Shown here in pieces: positions 8,680-19,061 of a DNA stretch of 64,000 nt; within the stretch, counting starts at the first letter, position 1, and each line of letters opens with the position of its first letter. Where the stretch lies: assembly GCF_013315695.1 (NCBI RefSeq), contig NZ_CP054353.1, one strand, 5' to 3'. Under the pieces are notes generated by a model. The model was not told the DNA's origin, made no database searches, and saw only the letters and a program-made list of their open reading frames with translations. The position numbers were made by a program, and so were the translations under genes. The stretch comes from Escherichia coli. Its GTDB lineage: Bacteria; Pseudomonadota; Gammaproteobacteria; Enterobacterales; Enterobacteriaceae.

Positions 8680-11652
8680 TTACCAGTGCACTCCAATGGT
8701 GAGAAACGCGTTGTTGCGCTCTCCGTTACGTTGATTAATCGCCTTAAAGGTATGTTGATACTCGACGCCGAGACTGACTTTGTGCGGCCAGGCGTCGTAG
8801 TGCGTCTCGCCGGTCCAGATATTCCAGCGGACCCCGACTCCGCCAAGCTGCGCGCCCTGAGTGCCTTTATCACGATAGCCGTTGTCCTGAACGTGAGCGT
8901 AAGGCTCAATAGTCTGTCCGTTAGCCACCTTCTGATGCCAGCTGACGCGATAATCTGCCGTCCACGCCTGAATATCCTGGCGGACATATTGCGCCGCATC
9001 GAGGTACAGGTTTTGGGCAAACCAGCCTGAACCGTTCGGGTGCCATTCGTCGCTGTATTTGCCGCCATTAAAGAATGAGGCGCTGGCGCGCAGCATGGTA
9101 TCGGATGCGCCATTTTGGCCGTTCAGCGGCAACTGCTGTTCGACGGCGAGGAAAAAGATCTGATCGCGCAGCGGCTTCCAGCGCAGACCGGTGCCGGACA
9201 TCGGATTTTTCACCGGCATCATCACCCCGTTTTCACCGGTATCGGCAAATACACGGCTGTAAACCGAGAGCAGGTCGCCTTCCAGCAGCATATTGCGTCC
9301 GATGCGGTACTCGGCTTCCAGTTGCCCGTAGCTACGATAGCTTTTCCCTGGCGCTGCGCCGCCGACATTATTGTTAGCGGTACTCATTGCGCCGGAACGC
9401 AAGCCGATAGAAGAATCGAAACTGAACGTCCAGCGGCGACCGACCTCCTCATGCAGACGGCGGAAATTGAAGCGTTGCTGATTTTGCTCTGGGGTCAGTG
9501 GGGTTATCAGCGCCTGATTATCAATGTCATCAATCACCAGCCGGGCGTAGTGCTGCGTCGCAGGCATGTCATCCAGACGCTGGTTCACGTAGGCCAGTTG
9601 TCGGATAAGTGCCGGATCGTCCGGTAGCCCTTTATGCGCCTGTTCGAGCATTTTCCGCGACTGTGCGATATCACCGCTATCCCACAAGGCGTAACCGAGC
9701 GCTGCCTGGGTGTTGCTATTATTCGGTTCCAGTTCCAGCGCGGCGCGCAAATCACTCACCGCCGCCGGGACATTATGACGTTGGCGATAAATTGTCGCCC
9801 GCGCAACGTAAGCGTTGGCAGAAGGCGCAATATTGATTGAGCGCGTGAGATCGTTCAGTGCGAGTTCCGGCTGACCAGGAATGTAACGTTGCGCATGCAG
9901 CCACCTGTAGAGGGCATTGTTTCCCAGCCCACGTTGTTCTGCCTGCTGAAGCCAGCGATCGCGAGCCGCACCATTTCCTGCCGCCTGGGCGGTATTGGCA
10001 GCAGCAAGCAGATCCTCATTGCTCATGTCGTGAAGACTGATTTTCTGCCAGGCCGCCAGTGCGGTGGCGTAGTCCTCAACCTGATACGCCTGATAGGCTA
10101 CCGCACGATGTTGCCAGGCGTTCGGTTGTCGTTGTTCGGCCTGAAGCCATGCATACAACGCCACACCGGGTAGCGTGTCCCGATAACACTTTGCCAGACG
10201 GTTCCAGGCGGCGGCATCGTAGGAAGGCGACATATCGCCCAGCAAGCGAACTATTGCCGGGCAATTATCTGCAATACCCGGCAACTGACTTTGCCACTGA
10301 CGTTGCTCCGCCAGCGGTAAGGGTTTCGATAAAATCGCCACCTTCGCCGGCGTTGCCAGGTAAGGATGACTTTCCAGCAGAGACGCCAGTTGCGCCATTA
10401 ACGTCTGGCTGACACGCGCATCGCCCTGGAAAGGATAGCGTTGCAGCAATAAATCGGCAGCTTCGCGTGACTGCTCGTTCTGCATCAGTTGCCAGGTCAG
10501 TTGATCCAGGCGGGTAAGATTTGCCGGTTCTTGCTGATACAGCAATCGTGCCAGACGCAGAGCTTCAGCCTTGTTATGGGTCGCTACGCTAACGGTATAA
10601 CGCTCCTCAAGCATTTCATTGGCGGGGAGGGTGGCGAGCAGTTTTTGCGCTGCGTCGTACTGACCTTCTTTTAACAGCACCGGTAGCGTCGCGCCAACAA
10701 CATACTGGCGGTTATCGGCAAACTGTACCGTATAATTCGCCAACGCCTGAACGGGGTTGACGCTGTATTTAGATAACAGATAGAGCCAACTTTTCTCTTG
10801 TGCGTCCGTGGTAAACAGCGGCTTATTTTCAATGAGATAACGCTGGAGGCGTGCTTTTTCGCCACGATAAGCCAGCGCGGTCGCGTAAGTAATATATGAC
10901 TGCGGATCGGTGAAGATCCCCTGTGATTGCAGCGCCAGGATCCGATCGTCCAGCTGCCCGGCAAGAAGCACATCAAACCACTGGCGGCGTTCTGCCGCGC
11001 TTAATGTGTTCTGCTGGCGTGCTTCATTGTATAGCGTATCTGCCTGGGACCATTGTTTCAGGTAGATTGCGCGTTGCAGCAGATCGGTTCGCAGCGTTTT
11101 TCCTTCCGGCGATGCAGCAAACGTCGCATCGTTTAGTTGCGCTCTGGCGACAGGTAATTGTGCCAGCCGCAGGGCATTCTGCCCGACTTCACTGCGACAA
11201 CGCAGGGTCGGCGCAGCATCGCACGCTTTTTGCTGGGCAAGCAGTTCTTCAACAGTCGTAACGCTTTTCACTTCAACTGGAATAGCCGCCAGACTGCGCT
11301 CAAGCCGGTCATCTCCTGGGTGACGTTTCAGTTGATCCTCAAGCAACAGCCGCGCCCGGTCATCATGACCAAAATGGCGATAGGCTTCCGCAAGGTATAA
11401 AGTTAGTGGAATATTATCCGGCACCTGTTGGTGTATATATTCAAATTCGCGGATGGCGGTTGCTTCGTCGTTATTTTTCTGTGCCTTCAGCGCCTTGTCG
11501 AGACGGGGATAAATAACGAAATGGCGATAATCGCTCAGCCCCAGCTCTTCTGCGCTGGTGCCGATATTGTCTGCGAGTGCGCTGGTACTCAATAAAGACG
11601 TCAGCAGTAAACCAGACCATCCGATGACGCGATTAAGGTTATTCTCCTTCAT
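8680..11652 (-). CDS. nfrA: NfrA, outer-membrane TPR protein required for phage N4 adsorption
   Basis: ORF track begins at a TTG. The recognisable N-terminus MKENNLNRVIGWSGLLL... starts at the ATG at 11652 and gives 990 aa. The C-terminal region is beta-barrel-like. Confidence 0.9.
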   Translation of the reverse strand: MKENNLNRVIGWSGLLLTSLLSTSALADNIGTSAEELGLSDYRHFVIYPRLDKALKAQKNNDEATAIREFEYIHQQVPDNIPLTLYLAEAYRHFGHDDRARLLLEDQLKRHPGDDRLERSLAAIPVEVKSVTTVEELLAQQKACDAAPTLRCRSEVGQNALRLAQLPVARAQLNDATFAASPEGKTLRTDLLQRAIYLKQWSQADTLYNEARQQNTLSAAERRQWFDVLLAGQLDDRILALQSQGIFTDPQSYITYATALAYRGEKARLQRYLIENKPLFTTDAQEKSWLYLLSKYSVNPVQALANYTVQFADNRQYVVGATLPVLLKEGQYDAAQKLLATLPANEMLEERYTVSVATHNKAEALRLARLLYQQEPANLTRLDQLTWQLMQNEQSREAADLLLQRYPFQGDARVSQTLMAQLASLLESHPYLATPAKVAILSKPLPLAEQRQWQSQLPGIADNCPAIVRLLGDMSPSYDAAAWNRLAKCYRDTLPGVALYAWLQAEQRQPNAWQHRAVAYQAYQVEDYATALAAWQKISLHDMSNEDLLAAANTAQAAGNGAARDRWLQQAEQRGLGNNALYRWLHAQRYIPGQPELALNDLTRSINIAPSANAYVARATIYRQRHNVPAAVSDLRAALELEPNNSNTQAALGYALWDSGDIAQSRKMLEQAHKGLPDDPALIRQLAYVNQRLDDMPATQHYARLVIDDIDNQALITPLTPEQNQQRFNFRRLHEEVGRRWTFSFDSSIGLRSGAMSTANNNVGGAAPGKSYRSYGQLEAEYRIGRNMLLEGDLLSVYSRVFADTGENGVMMPVKNPMSGTGLRWKPLRDQIFFLAVEQQLPLNGQNGASDTMLRASASFFNGGKYSDEWHPNGSGWFAQNLYLDAAQYVRQDIQAWTADYRVSWHQKVANGQTIEPYAHVQDNGYRDKGTQGAQLGGVGVRWNIWTGETHYDAWPHKVSLGVEYQHTFKAINQRNGERNNAFLTIGVHW

Positions 11653-13651
11653 TTTCGGACTCCAGTTGCGCAACCTGTTCTGTGTTTAAACCTGCTTTGA
11701 GTAATAGTGATTGCATCGAAACTTGTAATTCGCGTTGAATTGTCAGGACGCGATCCAACGTTTCCTGGCTGATAACGCCTTCGGTGACCAAAAACTTGCC
11801 GAGCGGCAGAGAACTGCGTTCATGGCGCAATAACAACACGTTAATTGCTGAACGATTAATATGACCGAGCGTGGTCAGTATTTCGGCGAACAGGAACTGA
11901 TGCGGCACATATTGCCGCCAGATTTCACCGGCCTGCTGTTCCGTGAGCCACTGATGCTGAACTGCATTGTACAACATTGCCCGCGGATCGTGACCGCGTC
12001 GGCGTGCATACCAGTGGCGTAATCCGGTGACAATTTGTCCCCGCAGAACAATGACGTAACGCACTTTGCGTCCGACTTTACGCGTCAGGGCCGCCAGCGA
12101 AACCGGGTCAATACCATCTTCACTGCCGACAATTAACTCATCATTGTCCAGACGCAGCGGCAGTACCGCATAATGCAGCGCCACGGAGGCCGGCATTTCG
12201 GCAATCAGCGAGGAAGGGATCTGCCAGGCATCGATGGATTCCCACGCCACTCGACGCGGATCGCCGTGTTGAAGTACCTGTTTTAACGCGCGCCAGTTGG
12301 CCATGAAGTTAATCAGGTTACCCCAGAAAAGACGCAGGACAGATAGCAGCCCCTGCGTCAGACCGTAGTAGCCAGTGACAAAAATCACCCGCTGCACGAT
12401 GCGGTTAACCATCAAACCAAAGTTTAGCCACAGCAGGGTCATTAACCATGCGCTGCCGCTGAAAATAGAAAGGAAATGCCAGGCATCGGGCCACAAACTT
12501 TCATACGCCAGTAACAGCAAAAGCTGGATCATCACCAGCATCGCGAGGAAGCTGACAAAGTTACTGATTGCCCCTTTGCGGTCGCGCCAGAGAAAGTAGT
12601 TCAGCGTCAGGCTGGAGGTCCATTTGTGGGTTTTAAAGCCCTGGAAAACAATGCCGATGATCCAGCGAGATTTTTGTCGAACCGCAGTCGAAAAGGTATC
12701 GGGGAAATATTCGCGCACGCAGATCATGTTTGACGTCCGTGCGTGCTGTAAAAATTTACGCTGCTCGCGTTCTTTGGCTTCGTCCACCACCGGAAAACGG
12801 ACAAAAATTTCCGTCATACCTTTTTCTTTCAGGCGGAAGCCAATATCGTAATCTTCAGTCAGACTCTGCACGTCGAAAGCAATACCGTCACCGTCAGCTA
12901 ACAGAGCGGTCACGGCGCGGCGGCTGAAACAGGTGCCGACGCCTGCGCTGGGCACTTGTCCGGCGAGGGCTTCACGCACCGGAACATCCTTGCCATGCAG
13001 TTCTGAAAACTCATCAATGTAAGTCATGCTGGTGAAGTGCGTCCATTCGCGTTCGAACGGATACACTGGGATCTGAATCAGATCTTTACGCTCGACCAGA
13101 TAGTTGAACAGACGCAATTCCATCGGTGAAATCACATCTTCGGCGTCATGCAGAATAAAACCAGCAAAAGCGAAATTGGCGCTACGTTCAAATTGGGTGA
13201 TGGCGTCCAGCACGTTGTTCAGACAGTCGGCTTTGCTGGTGGGGCCAGGACGCGCGCAGACTACCTTATGCACGTTCGGGAAGCGAGCGCACACTTCGTC
13301 AACATCACGCTGAGTATCGGGGTCGTTGGGGTAGGTGCCAACAAAGATATGATAGTTTTCGTAGTCGAGCGTGGTCGCCGCCAGCTCGGCCATATTGCCG
13401 ATGACGCCCGTTTCATTCCACGCCGGAACCATAATCGCTAACGGTTTTTCATCTGGTTTATACAGTTCGCGGTAACTCATTCGCGGGTAGCGGCGATAAA
13501 CACTCAACTTGCGTTTAATGCGGCGTACCCAGTAGACGACATCAATAAAAAAATCGTCCAGCCCGCTGATGAACATGATGACCGCTAACGTTATCGCGAT
13601 TACTTTTAAGCCGTAGAGCCAGGTAGCAAAAACATCAAGAAGCCAGTCCAC
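11639..13651 (-). CDS. nfrB: NfrB, inner-membrane family-2 glycosyltransferase with C-terminal MshEN-like c-di-GMP-binding region
   Basis: 670-aa ORF from a GTG start, with an in-frame stop 3 codons upstream. GT2 region (..AWNETGVIGNMAEL..DAED..) and C-terminal LPLGKFLVTEGVISQETLDRVLTIQ motif. Overlaps the nfrA start by 14 nt. Confidence 0.85.
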   Translation of the reverse strand: MDWLLDVFATWLYGLKVIAITLAVIMFISGLDDFFIDVVYWVRRIKRKLSVYRRYPRMSYRELYKPDEKPLAIMVPAWNETGVIGNMAELAATTLDYENYHIFVGTYPNDPDTQRDVDEVCARFPNVHKVVCARPGPTSKADCLNNVLDAITQFERSANFAFAGFILHDAEDVISPMELRLFNYLVERKDLIQIPVYPFEREWTHFTSMTYIDEFSELHGKDVPVREALAGQVPSAGVGTCFSRRAVTALLADGDGIAFDVQSLTEDYDIGFRLKEKGMTEIFVRFPVVDEAKEREQRKFLQHARTSNMICVREYFPDTFSTAVRQKSRWIIGIVFQGFKTHKWTSSLTLNYFLWRDRKGAISNFVSFLAMLVMIQLLLLLAYESLWPDAWHFLSIFSGSAWLMTLLWLNFGLMVNRIVQRVIFVTGYYGLTQGLLSVLRLFWGNLINFMANWRALKQVLQHGDPRRVAWESIDAWQIPSSLIAEMPASVALHYAVLPLRLDNDELIVGSEDGIDPVSLAALTRKVGRKVRYVIVLRGQIVTGLRHWYARRRGHDPRAMLYNAVQHQWLTEQQAGEIWRQYVPHQFLFAEILTTLGHINRSAINVLLLRHERSSLPLGKFLVTEGVISQETLDRVLTIQRELQVSMQSLLLKAGLNTEQVAQLESENEGE

Positions 13652-13800
13652 ACAAAAACCTTACATTAACGCTGGTTATGTTTAGGGTGGCGTATATTAA
13701 AGTTTTTTATGAATTGTGACAGCTTTTTATCATTAATAGGTATGACTATTGCGGCACGTTATTTTTACACTGGTTATAAAAGTTGCCGTTTGCTGAAGGA

Positions 13801-15243
13801 TTAAGCGGGTAATGTGATAACAAACCTTGTCCCCCGCGCATCCGACGTTACCGCAACCGTGCCTTTATGTGCGACAACAATCGATTTCACTATCGCCAGG
13901 CCAATGCCGCTACCTTCGCCTTTTCGCTGGCGGGAAGGATCAACGCGGTAGAAACGGTCAAACAATCGCGGTAAGTGTTCGGGCGCAATGGGCGTACCGG
14001 GGTTTTCGACGGAAACTTGCACCTGGTGATCGACCGTCTGGCAGCGCACAACAATTGCCTCTCCGGGTGGCGTATAACGCAGGGCGTTCGAAAGCAGGTT
14101 GCTTAACGCCCGACGCAACATCAGCGGATCGCCCGCAACCTGACACTCGTCACCAACAAACCGCAACTCCACGCCGCGATCTTCCGCTAACGCCTCGAAA
14201 AAATCGAACACTTTGCCGACTTCATCCGCCAGGTTGAGCATTTTCTTTTCGGGGATTAACTGGTTGTTATCGGCCTGGGCGAGAAACAACATATCGCTGA
14301 CCATTTTCGCCATTCGCGTCAGCTCTTCGAGATTAGAGTAGAGCACATCTTCCAGCTCCTTCTGGCTGCGCGACTGGCTGAGGGCGATTTCCGTTTGCGT
14401 TATGAGATTCGTAATTGGTGTACGAATTTCGTGGGCGATATCCGCTGAGAAATTGGACTGGCGGGTAAAGACATCCTCAATACGCTCGATCATATGGTTG
14501 AACGACAGCACCAGTTGTTCGAGTTCAATGGGCACGGTCTGTGGATCGAGGCGAACGTCGAGATCTTTCGAGGTGATATTCTGGATTTGACGGCTGACGC
14601 TGCGGATCGGCGCGTGACCTTTATGTACCGCCAACAGCACGATAAAGACGATCAGGATGCTGATTACCGATGCGGTCATTACAAGTTTATTCATCAAATC
14701 ATTTATGTAATGAAGATGAAAATCGATCGAAAGCGCAATGTAGAGCGTATAAATCGGTTTGCCGTCCACCAGTGGGCCAACCGGCAAGCTAATCATCCGC
14801 CAGTTGCTGTGTTCCATATGTCCGTGACCGTGGCCTGGCATCATCATTGTCGGGCCGGAAAGGAGATACACCTCGCCGCCCCGAGCGTCTTTATCGGGTA
14901 TGGCATCACGTGCAAACTCGCGGATATCGGGCGCGTCGGGGGAGTGATACACCGTTTTACCCAGGCTATCTGCCAGGGAGATCAACACATTGGAATAACC
15001 ACTGACAATATCTTCCAGCGTCATTAAGCGTCGGGCTTGCGTTTCGTCAGGGTGATTAAGTACCCGTTCAAGGGTGGCGCTAATCTCTTTTAAATCATTA
15101 ATATCCTGCTCGGCAAAATGCACTTTTACCGAGTGGATCATGATCCAGGCAAAGGCGAAAAACGCCGCGATGGTGGCCAGGCTAATAAAAAAGGTCAGGC
15201 GGGTTGCCAGCGAAAACGGGCGCTGAAACGGCTTACTGACCAT
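13801..15243 (-). CDS. cusS: Copper/silver sensor histidine kinase CusS
   Basis: N-terminus [16 protein letters not shown]..., HAMP and HisKA ([10 protein letters not shown]) then HATPase region. 480 aa from the internal ATG. Confidence 0.9.
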
Positions 15244-15916
15244 CCGGCACCTCAAGCATGTAACCCACGCCGCGCACGGTCTGAATCAGCTTCGGCTCAA
15301 AGTCGTTGTCGATTTTGCCGCGCAGCCGCTTCACCGCCACATCAATGGCGTTGGTATCGCTGTCGAAATTCATGTCCCACACCTGCGAGGCGATAAGCGA
15401 GCGGGGCAGCACTTCACCCTGATGGCGGAGGAAAAACTCCAGCAAAGTAAATTCTTTACTGGTCAACGTGATGCGCGTGCCGCTACGGGTGACTTTGCGG
15501 CTGACGAGATCGACCATCAAATCGGCAACCTGAAACTGACTTTCGATAATTACCGCCGCCCCGCGCCGCAGTAGAGTGCGCACCCGCGCCAGCAGTTCAG
15601 CAAAAGCGAACGGCTTCACCAGATAGTCATCCGCCCCCAACTCCAGCCCCTTGACGCGATGTTCAATGGTGCCAAGCGCGGTAAGCAACAGAATTGGCAT
15701 CCCTTTATTGGCGGAACGCAACATGCGCACGATATCCCAGCCGTTCACGTCCGGCAGCATAATATCGAGGATTATCAGATCATAATCACCGGTCATCGCC
15801 AGATGGTAGCCATTCAGCCCGTTGTCGGCCAAATCGACCACAAAACCGGCTTCGGTTAACCCTTTGGTCAAGTATTCTCCGGTTTTCTTTTCATCTTCGA
15901 CAATCAACAGTTTCAT
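15233..15916 (-). CDS. cusR: Response regulator CusR (OmpR family)
   Basis: 227 aa, [16 protein letters not shown]..., receiver plus winged-helix domain. Overlaps the cusS start. Confidence 0.95.
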
Positions 15917-15982
15917 ATTTCCTCCGCATGTTGCCCGGGCAATTCTAGAGTAGCGGGATCAGATGGCAATCGCTTATTGGCA

Positions 15983-16004
15983 AAATGACAATTTTGTCAT
16001 TTTC
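15983..16004. promoter_or_regulatory. CusR box in the cusR-cusC divergent promoter
   Basis: Perfect palindrome AAAATGACAATTTTGTCATTTT in the intergenic region. Confidence 0.65.
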
Positions 16005-16072
16005 CTGTCACCGGAAAATCAGAGCCTGGCGAGTAAAGTTGGCGGCATAAAATCACCAGAAATTATGAGCCT

Positions 16073-17455
16073 ATGTCTCCTTGTAAACTTCTGCCATTTT
16101 GTGTGGCCCTTGCGCTAACCGGTTGTTCACTGGCACCGGATTATCAGCGTCCGGCAATGCCCGTGCCGCAGCAGTTCTCACTCAGCCAGAACGGCCTGGT
16201 TAACGCAGCAGATAACTACCAGAACGCGGGCTGGCGCACCTTTTTTGTTGATAATCAGGTGAAGACGCTGATTAGCGAGGCGTTGGTGAATAACCGGGAT
16301 TTGCGCATGGCGGCGCTGAAAGTGCAGGAAGCGCGGGCGCAATATCGTCTGACCGATGCCGACCGCTACCCACAGCTCAATGGCGAGGGCAGCGGCAGCT
16401 GGAGCGGCAATCTTAAAGGCGATTCAGCCACGACGCGGGAGTTCTCGACTGGCCTTAACGCCAGCTTTGATCTCGATTTTTTCGGGCGCTTAAAGAACAT
16501 GAGCGAAGCCGAGCGCCAAAATTATTTAGCTACTGAGGAAGCTCAGCGCGCGGTGCATATTCTGCTGGTTTCTAATGTCGCGCAAAGCTATTTCAATCAG
16601 CAACTGGCGTATGCGCAATTGCAAATAGCCGAAGAAACGTTGCGTAATTATCAGCAGTCATATGCGTTTGTCGAAAAACAACTGTTGACCGGTAGCAGTA
16701 ATGTTCTGGCGCTGGAACAGGCTCGCGGGGTGATAGAAAGTACCCGCAGCGACATCGCTAAACGTCAGGGGGAACTGGCGCAGGCAAATAATGCATTGCA
16801 ACTGTTATTGGGAAGCTACGGCAAGCTGCCGCAAGCGCAGACAGTAAACAGCGACAGCCTGCGAAGCGTTAAATTACCGGCGGGCTTGTCGTCGCAAATC
16901 TTATTGCAGCGCCCGGATATTATGGAAGCTGAACACGGGTTAATGGCGGCTAATGCCAATATTGGCGCTGCACGCGCGGCATTTTTCCCGTCTATCAGCC
17001 TGACCAGCGGAATATCGACCGCCAGTAGCGATCTGTCGTCATTATTTAACGCCAGCAGCGGGATGTGGAATTTTATACCCAAAATTGAGATCCCCATTTT
17101 TAATGTCGGACGCAACCATGCCAATCTGGATATCGCCGAAATTCGCCAGCAGCAGTCGGTGGTGAATTATGAACAGAAAATCCAGAATGCCTTTAAAGAA
17201 GTGGCAGATGCGCTGGCATTACGTCAAAGCCTGAACGATCAAATCAGCGCCCAGCAGCGTTATCTGGCATCGCTGAAAATTACTTTGCAACGGGCGCGGG
17301 CATTATATCAGCACGGCGCAGTAAGTTATCTGGAAGTGCTGGATGCCGAGCGTTCTTTATTTGCAACCCGACAAACTTTACTCGACCTGAATTATGCCCG
17401 TCAGGTTAACGAAATTTCTTTATATGCCGCCTTAGGCGGCGGTTGGCACCAGTAA
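16073..17455 (+). CDS. cusC: Outer-membrane efflux channel CusC (lipoprotein)
   Basis: MSPCKLLPFCVALALTGCSL lipobox, OMF family. Confidence 0.9.
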   Translation: MSPCKLLPFCVALALTGCSLAPDYQRPAMPVPQQFSLSQNGLVNAADNYQNAGWRTFFVDNQVKTLISEALVNNRDLRMAALKVQEARAQYRLTDADRYPQLNGEGSGSWSGNLKGDSATTREFSTGLNASFDLDFFGRLKNMSEAERQNYLATEEAQRAVHILLVSNVAQSYFNQQLAYAQLQIAEETLRNYQQSYAFVEKQLLTGSSNVLALEQARGVIESTRSDIAKRQGELAQANNALQLLLGSYGKLPQAQTVNSDSLRSVKLPAGLSSQILLQRPDIMEAEHGLMAANANIGAARAAFFPSISLTSGISTASSDLSSLFNASSGMWNFIPKIEIPIFNVGRNHANLDIAEIRQQQSVVNYEQKIQNAFKEVADALALRQSLNDQISAQQRYLASLKITLQRARALYQHGAVSYLEVLDAERSLFATRQTLLDLNYARQVNEISLYAALGGGWHQ

Positions 17456-17478
17456 CTTTTAACTCCAGGAGAGAATAT

Positions 17479-17811
17479 ATGAGAAAAGCACTGCAAGTCG
17501 CAATGTTCAGTCTGTTTACCGTTATTGGCTTTAATGCCCAGGCTAACGAACATCATCATGAAACCATGAGCGAAGCACAACCACAGGTTATTAGCGCCAC
17601 TGGCGTGGTAAAAAGTATTGATCTGGAAAGCAAAAAAATCACCATACATCACGATCCGATTGCTGCCGTGAACTGGCCGGAGATGACCATGCGCTTTACC
17701 ATCACCCCGCAGACGAAAATGAGCGAAATTAAAACCGGCGACAAAGTGGCGTTTAATTTTGTCCAGCAGGGCAACCTTTCTTTATTACAGGATATTAACG
17801 TCAGCCAGTAA
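17479..17811 (+). CDS. cusF: Periplasmic copper chaperone CusF
   Basis: 110 aa from the internal ATG (MRKALQVAMFSLFTVIGFNAQA signal peptide). The ORF track over-extends the 5' end. Confidence 0.9.
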   Translation: MRKALQVAMFSLFTVIGFNAQANEHHHETMSEAQPQVISATGVVKSIDLESKKITIHHDPIAAVNWPEMTMRFTITPQTKMSEIKTGDKVAFNFVQQGNLSLLQDINVSQ

Positions 17812-17826
17812 CCCAGGTTTAATGAG

Positions 17827-19050
17827 ATGAAAAAAATCGCGCTTATTATCGGCAGCATGATCGTGGGCGGTATTATTTCTGCGGTAGGTTTTACCTGGTT
17901 TGCAAAGGCTGAACCGCCCGCAGAAAAAACGCCGACCGCAGAACGTAAAATCTTATTCTGGTACGACCCGATGTATCCCAATACGCGGTTCGATAAACCA
18001 GGTAAATCGCCGTTTATGGATATGGATCTGGTGCCGAAATATGCCGATGAAGAGAGTTCTGCGTCTGGTGTACGCATTGACCCGACCCAGACGCAGAATC
18101 TGGGGGTGAAAACGGCGACCGTCACGCGCGGGCCGCTGACTTTTGCCCAGAGTTTCCCGGCGAATGTCAGTTACAACGAGTATCAGTATGCCATTGTGCA
18201 GGCTCGCGCTGCCGGGTTTATCGATAAGGTGTATCCGCTTACCGTGGGCGATAAAGTACAAAAGGGCACACCGCTTCTCGACCTGACCATTCCCGACTGG
18301 GTGGAAGCGCAGAGTGAGTATTTACTGCTGCGCGAAACCGGCGGTACGGCGACCCAGACTGAAGGCATTCTTGAGCGGCTGAGACTGGCGGGAATGCCGG
18401 AGGCGGATATTCGCCGCCTGATCGCCACGCAAAAAATACAGACTCGCTTTACGCTCAAAGCGCCCATTGATGGCGTGATCACCGCGTTTGATCTGCGCGC
18501 GGGAATGAATATCGCCAAAGATAACGTGGTCGCGAAAATTCAGGGTATGGACCCGGTGTGGGTCACTGCTGCGATCCCGGAGTCCATCGCCTGGCTGGTG
18601 AAAGATGCCTCGCAGTTTACCCTCACCGTTCCGGCGCGACCGGATAAAACACTCACCATTCGCAAATGGACCCTGCTACCCGGCGTGGATGCCGCGACCC
18701 GCACGCTGCAACTGCGTCTGGAAGTCGACAACGCCGACGAGGCGCTAAAACCGGGCATGAACGCCTGGTTGCAACTCAATACCGCCAGCGAACCGATGCT
18801 GCTCATTCCGTCACAGGCGCTGATTGATACCGGCAACGAACAGCGGGTGATTACCGTTGATGCTGACGGGCGCTTTGTACCGAAACGCGTTGCCGTTTTC
18901 CAGGCATCGCAAGGCGTCACCGCGTTACGCTCTGGTCTGGCGGAAGGTGAAAAGGTGGTTTCCAGCGGCCTGTTCCTGATTGATTCTGAAGCCAATATTT
19001 CTGGCGCACTGGAGCGGATGCGCTCTGAAAGTGCTACCCATGCGCATTGA
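17827..19050 (+). CDS. cusB: Membrane fusion protein CusB
   Basis: 407 aa, MKKIALIIGSMIVGGIISAV... Confidence 0.9.
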   Translation: MKKIALIIGSMIVGGIISAVGFTWFAKAEPPAEKTPTAERKILFWYDPMYPNTRFDKPGKSPFMDMDLVPKYADEESSASGVRIDPTQTQNLGVKTATVTRGPLTFAQSFPANVSYNEYQYAIVQARAAGFIDKVYPLTVGDKVQKGTPLLDLTIPDWVEAQSEYLLLRETGGTATQTEGILERLRLAGMPEADIRRLIATQKIQTRFTLKAPIDGVITAFDLRAGMNIAKDNVVAKIQGMDPVWVTAAIPESIAWLVKDASQFTLTVPARPDKTLTIRKWTLLPGVDAATRTLQLRLEVDNADEALKPGMNAWLQLNTASEPMLLIPSQALIDTGNEQRVITVDADGRFVPKRVAVFQASQGVTALRSGLAEGEKVVSSGLFLIDSEANISGALERMRSESATHAH

Positions 19051-19061
19051 GGGAATAGCCA

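Noticed and set aside
8652-11400. Numerous 60-170-aa ORFs on the plus strand inside nfrA (for example 9115-9627, 10059-10412, 10923-11261)
   Set aside because: They are antisense to a well-supported 990-aa gene in GC-rich DNA and have Arg/Pro/Ala-rich, low-complexity translations typical of spurious frames.
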